From positions 5,146,001 to 5,210,000 of the forward strand of contig NC_047065.1 in assembly GCF_902459465.1 (NCBI RefSeq): a DNA stretch of 64,000 nt. Direction: 5' to 3'. The position numbers and the translations under genes were made by a program. The stretch's first letter is position 1. Each line of letters begins with the position of its first letter. The DNA comes from Asterias rubens. Its lineage: Eukaryota. Positions 55,700-64,000 of this stretch are shown here, one piece after another. A model generated the notes under the pieces. It was not told the origin of the DNA, did not search any database, and saw nothing but the letters and a program-made list of their open reading frames with translations.

Positions 55700-58600
55700 A
55701 TGTTGGTGACTTCGCTATGCTGCTGCCTGGTGGTTCTGGGTTTGGCGACGCCGGGAGCCCGGGCAACGTTTGGTGACAACATGGACCATGGAAGAGACGA
55801 CCTCTTTGAGAAGATGGGGAAAGCCACGGTCGACGTGTTTGACATCGTAGACGGTAAAATAATTGTTAATTTGTGGGCTAAAATACCACATCCTTACACA
55901 AATTTGGGCGTGCTGTGGCCGTGGCACATCACTTACAACAAATTTTGTTCGGCCACGTGGTTCCAGCCACGCCCTACATGCCGTAAAGTTGTACATGCGT
56001 TGCACTCGGATACGTATAATGTTAGCAAATGTTGTCACAGAGTTATGAACAAAGTATATTATTAAGTAGCCTAACTGTAAAAGTCTGTGTCAAATGTTAC
56101 GTGTTGTAAAACAAACATTCCATTGTTCCTGTAAACGACAAATTGTTTTTGTTTTTTTGTTACATGTGTTGTAACAATTTCATCTTTTTTTGAAGGCTTT
56201 TTTTTGATAACTTTCCGTATGGCGCCACCACTTTTTCACTCATTTTTACAAAAAGGGATATCTCATTGAGATAAATAAGATACTATATTATTTTGTATCG
56301 AATGACAAAGTGGTGGCGACGAAAACTTTCCCCAAATGGATTTATTTAATATGTTTTTTTGCCAAAACATAAACATATTTTTCCTCATTTGGTCCAGTGA
56401 GGTATTTTGTTTGTTTTCATATTTCTCCATTTCCTTTGGTACTCGATGGAACGGGAATAATCCAAACAAACGAGCAAACAATTGATAGTTCATAATAAAA
56501 AAAAATCCTGTAAGAAAACAATTATTTGAAACAGTTACGCGAATGGCTGAAAATGTCTTTCTTAGTTTGGTCTTTGCTCTTTTTGTTATTCATTTTGTTA
56601 AATTTCACTTTTTGTTCATGGTGATGATTCATAATATTCGTAAAAGACCTTTTCAAGGGGAAACAAATCACAATATTTTGATTTAAAATCAAATAATGTA
56701 CACAGGTCAAGTACAGCTGGATGTAGCATTAGAAGACACCATCGGACAAGATGAAGTCTGGATCCTTGACTTCCAGCCCTTCCAACACAACAATAAATCT
56801 AATCGACCAGTCATTCAGGAAAATGGAGGCAGCTTGGTGGCCGAGAATACAGGAACCTGTTCAAATGTCTTTACCACTCTGCCATTTGATGTGAGTTATT
56901 GACAATTATTTCCAAATTATGCCACAACTTCTTCACTCTCAAATTTACTGAAAGGAGCATCTCATTTTGAGTAAACTAGAAATGAATTTATTTCATAACC
57001 ATGAAAAACTGGTGGCAAGATATGGAAGGTTTTCCCAGAGTTTAGACCCTCTGTGTCACATTCTGCAGTGGCCATGCACTGTACACCACCTTTCCTTATT
57101 TTATGTAGAATTAAGTGCTAGTTTAACTTATGAAACACTCCAACAAAACCATTTAAAATTTGCAACTTTTCCAAATTTTTCAAAATTCTTCCTGGACAAA
57201 ATTTATAATATTTTTATATATCAATCACTTATATTATACCAGCCCATACATTTTTAAGCTGGATTACTACACAAGGTTCGGGCCTAGTAAATGTTGAAAA
57301 CGAGGACTGGGTTTGGTGTTTATATTTTGTTAATACGCTTTACCCTGGTCCTGGTTTTGTACGACAAGACCAACCAATGTTTGATTTACTCTACCGTTTC
57401 TTTATACGTAGTTGTATTTTGTCCACCAGGAAAACTTCGCAGAGGTTCAAAAAGCTAAAGATAAAGACAAATCATGTCTGAAGTAAATGAACCTAAAATT
57501 TAAGTAAAATTTTTGCCTGTAACTTCTGCATCTTTTCTGTGTTATTTTGTTCTGTGTATAGTCGAGTACAGGTTTCTACAAAGATTCCTACACCCCCAAC
57601 TATCCAGGAACCAAATCATTGTTCTCTTACTACGAGACAGGGTCTGAAATCATTCAACAAGGCGACATGAGAATACGAGAGGATCACATCACTTTCATGG
57701 GTAAATTATTAGGGAACCTAGCTGCGTCATTAGCCCATTGGAGATATGACGAACACCACAGTTTACACATTTTGTTTTAGGTGTATACAGCATGGTCAAT
57801 TACTGAAACCAAACAGTGCACAATTATATAATGTCCACCTTAGCTCGAAACTTTTCATCCTTGAGTTTTCAGTAAACACATCGACCCACAACTGGTGAAA
57901 TTGTCATTTAATCTGATGGTTATGTTTGAGAGAAAAATCAAACAAAATTGTACACATGTATTGTATTTTCATACTTTGCATAAATATGACAATTCAAATA
58001 AACAAGTTTTCAAAATTATGTTATCTTGACTTTCAAGAACTATTCTACTGGATGATTAACTAGTAATGGTCATACATGATTATTCTTTCTACACTTGAGT
58101 GTGATTTCTAAAATGTATTTTTGTTGCCCTGGGAAAAAAACAACTTGTGGGTTAGGCCCCTATTCTTGCTAAAAATGTAATTTTTTTACCAAGACAAGTA
58201 TCATGCCGGACTAATAACAATAATAATAATATTTATTTGGGCAATCACATTTACATACTATAGTAATAGTATACAACTAATTTATCTTTGTGAGCTGTTG
58301 GATTGAAAGTTGTCAATTTTTGTTTGTTTGTTATGGTAGTGCAAATTCTATTAAGGTAATGGTTGACAAATTATATATCTGGATGAACCAAAAACCTTGC
58401 TTGTTTTAAACTCAACATTCTTAGTGCATTTTACATTGTAAATAACCAGAATCTCTTTTTTACCAAATTTGAATTTTTTTTAATGCCCATTAATTTGGTG
58501 CGTGTATAGTTTTCGTTGCATGATAGTTCTATTATTTCTATGCTGTAAGCCGTGTTTTAATAATGTCCTTTTATATTGTCTGTTCTTAACTTATGGCATC

Positions 58601-61600
58601 GGGAGATTAACTCGATAGTAATTTAGTTTACTTTTTGTTAAATCCATCAGGAGTGCTACTTTTTTTTCTTCTTCTCTCTCCTATAGTTGTATGTAGGCCT
58701 ACATGTTTTTGTTTTCTTTCCCGTTCTTATTTTCTGTACTTTTTGATCTGTGAAATTAATATATGAAATGAAATGAAAACCTTCTTGTCTAATTTCCAAC
58801 GAACTCTCTCAATCTACAGGTTCAATGGATACCCTGTTCAACTGTAAAGACAGCGACGAAGAAACAGTGTGGGAGAAAGAGGTGACTGCTGATGCCATTC
58901 AGTTCAATGCGACACTGTACATGACCAATGTACGGCCGCAGGGAAGTGGAACCAATCCGGAACCAGCCTATGTTCAGAGCTTCGCTATACTGTACTGGAG
59001 GTTGCTCAGAGTCGCACTTTCACGGTAGAATTTTTGTTTTCCTGCTCTCTTAATGTAAAAAGTGAAAAACAATGTTTTGTCCGCCATACCACTCTTCCAA
59101 AGAGCCATATGGCGGACAACTCTTTGTAGAGTGCCATTTGGGTACTTTCAACTCATTTTAGAGTGCAATTTGGGTACTTTCAACTCATTTTAGAGTGCAA
59201 TTTGGGTACTTTCAACTCATTTTAGAGGGAAGTTTGTTCCAATTTCACTAAAAAGGAGTGATACAATGACTTTTCACTCTGAAAAGGGCGAAACTGACGA
59301 CTCGAACGAGATTTTCACTCTTTTACATTAAAGGCAGTGGACACTATTGGTAATGGCTCAAAATAATTATCATCATAAAACCTTTCTTGATTACGAGTAA
59401 TGGGGGGAAAGGTTGATAGTATAAAACATTGTGAGAAATGGCTCCCTCTGAAGTGCAAATAGTTTTCAAGAAAGAAGTAGTTTTCCTGGAATTTGATTTT
59501 GATACCTCAGATTTAGAAGTTGAGGTCTCGAAATCAACCATCTATAAACGCACACAACTTAGTGTGACAAGGGTGTTTTTTTTCTTTCATTATTATCTCG
59601 CAACTTCGATGACCGATTGAGCTCAAATTTTCACATGTTTGTTATTTTATGTATATGATGAGATACACCAAGTGAGAAGACTGGTCTTTGACAATTACCA
59701 ATAGTGTCCACTGACTTTAAGAGAGTACCTAAAAAAAATTGTTCTCGTAACCCCCCGTATTTCTGTTTCTAGTCCTATTTTGTACAGCGCTTTGATCTTA
59801 TTTAAAATGCCTGGTTTTTTTTTAATTGTGAGAAATATGCTCACTAATTTGTTTTACTGGCTCATCAAGGTTTTTTCTTGTTCCACTTTGTTCTGAATAT
59901 TAACTATGCAGATTTCTAGTTAGTTCTACTGAGCGGTTACAGCCAATCTTTGAGTTCGCTATTGTCGAGGCTGTGTATCTAAATGATGATGAGGAATATG
60001 GGTTTGACAGGTAAGTCAGTAAAGTAGTTATCCTTTCTTCCAATATTTTAGATTCAATGAAGGCTTTAAAGGATTTGGGTACTTAATCTGGGGGTTGTTG
60101 GTTCATAGTTCCACTCTAGTATTTGTTGTTTGTTCAACCCATCAAATTTGATGTTGGCAGTAACTCTCACCTCTGTGTCAACACCTAAGAATATCTCATC
60201 CTAATCCATCTCTGAACCAAAATGTCTTCCCTTACAGGGTTTGGGTCTTTTTTTTTTATAATTTCTTCTCAAAGAGTATTGAAAAATTCTTATATGAAAC
60301 AATTCCTGTTATTTCCTTTCCCCCTAAAATGGTAGGTCCAGAGCCGAGGTGCAGATTGCCTTCCGCACCGTAACGGACAACACAAACGGCGAGCTGATCT
60401 CTGTCTACAAGATCAATACTCTGATGTATGATCCAGCTGATAGTGTTATAAGTGAGATCAGCCACGTCAAGAGAACTCCCAGCAGTGGTGAGTAACTATA
60501 AATAATTCTGGGTCAGAAGCGACCCGGATCCGGGTGGTGGTGCCTCACCCGTTTCTGGGTCAATATGACCCGGAATCTGTGGCGGATACGGCCCAAAAAT
60601 GGGTCAAACTGATGCAGAATCCTGGTCAAAACGTTTCTTCTTTTTTTACTACCAGTTTCCAGGTCAATTTGACCAGTTTCCGGGTCAGCTGACCCAGAAG
60701 TGGGTTGTGTTGATTCAGGTCAATATTCTAGGTTTTACTGGTAATTCCATCCGATATAAATCGAATTCCAATTTTAAGGTCGTAGGAAATCAGTGCGATT
60801 GTTCTAAAAGTTTCTTGTATGTAAACACTTTGCAACAACTGACTTTTATTTTCTCCTTCAAAGATAGTAGTGCTATACAAAGTTATTTCTTTCAGGGTTT
60901 TGCAGATCCGTAAAAAGTATTAAAAAGTCTTAAATTGAAGTATGCAAATTTAAGGCCTTGAAAGCATTAGAAAGTTATTGAGGTCTTAAAGAATAATGTA
61001 ACAAAAATATAATGAATTTGTCTACATCGGCTCGTAAAGAACCGAATAAGGCTGCATTTAAAAAAAAAAGTGGGTAAAGCTGTTTCTCCCATGCTTTATT
61101 CACCTTTTTGTGGCGTTGTGCATAAACCTTTTTGACAAAGCAAAAACATTTATTTTGTGGGGGGGGGGGGGGTTCAAGACCAAAAAAAGTAAGAATTTTA
61201 CAAAAACATGTTTAGTGTCCTGCCTTTAAAAAAATACAAAATAAAACAAGGAGATTGGGCTCTTCTTCACATTTTAAACGATCAAAAAACTGTTTTGATT
61301 TTGTTAAATTTTTCTTAAATAATTTAATTTAAATTTGTTGATTTTGATTCACTTTTTCCCCCAACTACAGGATGCGACAAGCCGCTTGGTGTTGAAGACA
61401 GTAACATCATCGGCGATGGTTTAATAACGGCATCTTCCTATTGGTTGGAAGGTAATAGTCTGGAGTACAGCCCCGATAAAGGTAGATTGAACGCCAAGGC
61501 TGTCGAGACCATCAGCGCTGGAATGTGGATGGCTGGTTCAACCGTCGACCAATGGATACAGGTAACTTATATTTGGTATAATATACCATTTGTATTATTA

Positions 61601-63638
61601 ATTTATTTATTTTGCTTTTTATATAGCAAAGCACTAGTATATCCATCACTTAATGATGCTCAAGAGACTTTAACATACAGTATTTTCATGCAAGGTATGT
61701 GGGACTATGTATGAATTATGATACCTACTCCTTTTTACATTGCAACATGTAAACATTTATAAGGTGATGAGGTACAATATGCTGCCAATCAAACTAGGAA
61801 CACTGGGACAAACCTCTTCTCTTTTTGATAAGTGCACAGGGTTATTTTACCTGCTGTCTTCTTCATGGTCATTATTATGTTCTTAATGCTTTGCTTCGCC
61901 CCCTTTAGTCAATTCGTGCCTTTGTAACTATGAATGTTTTGTTGTGTCTTTTGATTTTTTTTTTGAGACATTGAGGCAGGAATTAGTACTTGTAACTAAA
62001 ATTACTTGACATTATTATGTTTTGAAAACTTGCGGGAATTTGCACCGGGATAAAGAATATTAATTTTTGGTTTGTTTTGCCCATTAACACCGATGTGGTT
62101 TTTTTCACAGAGCTCGGGAAAGTACGGAGTATACAGTGCTAACACACATAAGTGGTTATGGGTAAAACGGTCAAAAATTAATATTTGAATTTATTAATAA
62201 TATTAATTAAAGCCATTATACACTTTCGGAACAGAAAAAAAAAAAAAAATTCTCAGATTTACAAATAACTTACAGGGTTTACAGAAGGTAATGATAAAAG
62301 ACTTCTCTTGAAATATTATTCCATGAAATGCTTTCGTTTTTGAGAAAACATTAAAATAATTATCAGTTATCGATATCGAGAATTACGAATTTATTTTAAA
62401 GACATGTCATGACACGGCGAAAAGTGCGGAAACAAGGGTGGGTTTTACTGTTATTTTTCTCTCGACTCCGATGACCGATTGAGCCTAGATTTTCAAAGGT
62501 TTGTTATTCTATGTAGAAGTTGTGAAACACCAAGTGTGGGCCTTAGACAATAATGTTTAATGAAAGTGTCCAGGGCTTTAAACTATTTCTAAATGAATAT
62601 TTGTTTGTTTTTCTTCTCACCTATACTTATATTTAGGTCGACCTCCCATCGGATAATCTGTGGGTGTCCGGAGTCATGACCCAAGGGTTTGGAAACGAGA
62701 ACATCAACATGTGGGTTAGAGAGTTTTATGTCGGCTACCAAGTTGGCGTTGACACTTTTAACCCTGTTCTGAATTATGAAGGAGCTACACATGTAAGTAA
62801 ACAACAACAACAAATGAATGTGAAATTTTAAGATATGAAAAGAGCAAGTAAAAAAATGATGACTAAACTATACCCAGAATTTCTCAAATTTTGAAATAGC
62901 AGAATCTTGATTAATTGGTATGTTTTAGTCACATTGTGACCAGAAGGTCCAAACTGCATGACAACTTACATGATAAAACATCAAAATCTATATAAAAAAT
63001 AATTATAAATTGTAAAAATAACCAGTTTAATTGTAAAATGAATGGAAATTATACTTATCCGTTTCAAAGGTATACCCGAGAAAGATGTAAAATTAACCGA
63101 AAAGAAAACTAGACACCTTGTCTGCCGGGTTAAAGCTAATCTTGGTGGACTAGTTGGTGTGACACCCAGAGTAATATGCCTGTGAGATGTTTTTTTTCAC
63201 AGAACTTGGGAAAGTACTGAATATACAGTTTGTTTCAAACAATTGTTTCTCTTTCGAAATTCAAAGGCATACCCGAGTATGGATGTCAATATAACGTGTC
63301 CTAAGATATCTGCTTCTTTTTACACTTCCATCTTTGTTTATTTCATGGCAAATCAACTAACCTCTGTATTTGCTTTTCTCAAAATGTAATTCTCAGATAT
63401 TTTGCTATGGACAGACGTCAACAATTTACATTCAGATTGACAGACTTATTAATTTCATTTGAATGCTATTTTTGTTATTTTTGCACCAATGAATTACAGA
63501 CATTCACCGGGAACTACGACAGTCATACTATTGTGACCAATTACTTAGATGCACCCGTTTCCACGGATGCGATCCGTATATACCCAACGGATTTCGAGAA
63601 CAACATGGCTCTACGATTTGAGTTGTTAGTATGCGAAG
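55700..63638 (+). CDS. Secreted protein with an F5/8 type C (discoidin) domain; putative ARIS / egg-coat-matrix family member; 3' partial
   Basis: Exons 55700-55853, 56706-56890, 57562-57700, 58820-59024, 59912-60010, 60336-60487, 61371-61561, 62637-62792, 63500-63638 join in frame with no stop (473 codons plus a phase-1 donor). Signal peptide MLVTSLCCCLVVLGLATPGARA. The last three exons encode a classic FA58C domain (CDKPLGVED..ITASS..GRLN..W..DQWIQVDL..VSGVMTQG..WVREF..F.GNYD..IRIYP..ALRFELLVC). The gene model is solid; the ARIS identity is from recall only. Confidence 0.85.
59127..59227. repeat. 32-bp tandem repeat x3 inside a TIR element (~59050-59331)
   Basis: TAGAGTGC(C/A)ATTTGGGTACTTTCAACTCATTT at 59127, 59159 and 59191; flanks ttaatgtaaaaagtgaaaa / ttttcactcttttacattaa. 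Confidence 0.85.
59332..59716 (-). mobile_element. Kolobok-like MITE family A
   Basis: Both TIRs with TTAA flanks. Confidence 0.9.
62211..62577. mobile_element. Kolobok-like MITE family B
   Basis: TTAA-AGCCATTATACACTTTC...GAAAGTGTCCAGGGCT-TTAA. Confidence 0.85.
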
Positions 63639-64000
63639 GTGAGTGATCTGAAAAATGTGCCAGGTTACAAGCGTGATAGATCTTTGAAATGGAAAAATAA
63701 GTTTTTGTTATCACCGAAACACCTTTAGAGATCATTCATTTACATAAGCAAAGAAATAGCTAATCTTGTTGCTTTTTTATGACCCCGTCATTTCAAGATA
63801 GTGTCGGGAAAATGAGTAAAAACGGAAACGCATGAGTTTAGTTTCTATATTGTAGATTCGACATTTACAAAACATTGGGAAACTTTCGGAAAATATCAAC
63901 TCAGTTCTATACTTTGAGGGTTTTTTTGTGGGGTTATTATTATTTATTTTATTTGTTTAGGGGGAGGTGGGTTCTTTGAAAGGTTTTTTAAAAGTTTACT

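Overview
AT-rich, intron-rich animal genomic DNA. It is most likely an echinoderm, probably a sea star; this is inferred from Deu-domain SINEs, L2 LINE relics, dense TTAA-flanked MITEs and an ARIS-like egg-coat gene. Five multi-exon protein-coding genes were rebuilt by hand from GT-AG junctions with consistent reading phase: PRMT7 (+, 11 coding exons, 5686/5710-16935), MVD (-, 9 exons, 29894-20520, 398 aa), CCDC102A/B-like (+, 7 exons, 38558-45582, 601 aa), RABIF/MSS4 (-, 2 exons, 53965-52916, 155 aa), and a secreted F5/8-type-C (discoidin) protein resembling sea-star ARIS egg-jelly proteins (+, from 55700, running off the window end). Introns and spacers hold about 15 copies of one ~380-bp Kolobok-like TTAA MITE, related MITE families, tRNA-derived SINEs, L2/CR1 3' fragments, fold-back elements and minisatellites. 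I found no rRNA, intact tRNA gene, CRISPR array or autonomous transposase, and no clear novel multi-gene system. The most unusual signals are in repeat architecture: fold-back SINE dimers, a tRNA-like cassette inside a direct-repeat unit, opposite-orientation MITEs at a duplicated site, and CTCF-like motifs in MITE terminal inverted repeats (TIRs). All family assignments come from recognition, not database searches.
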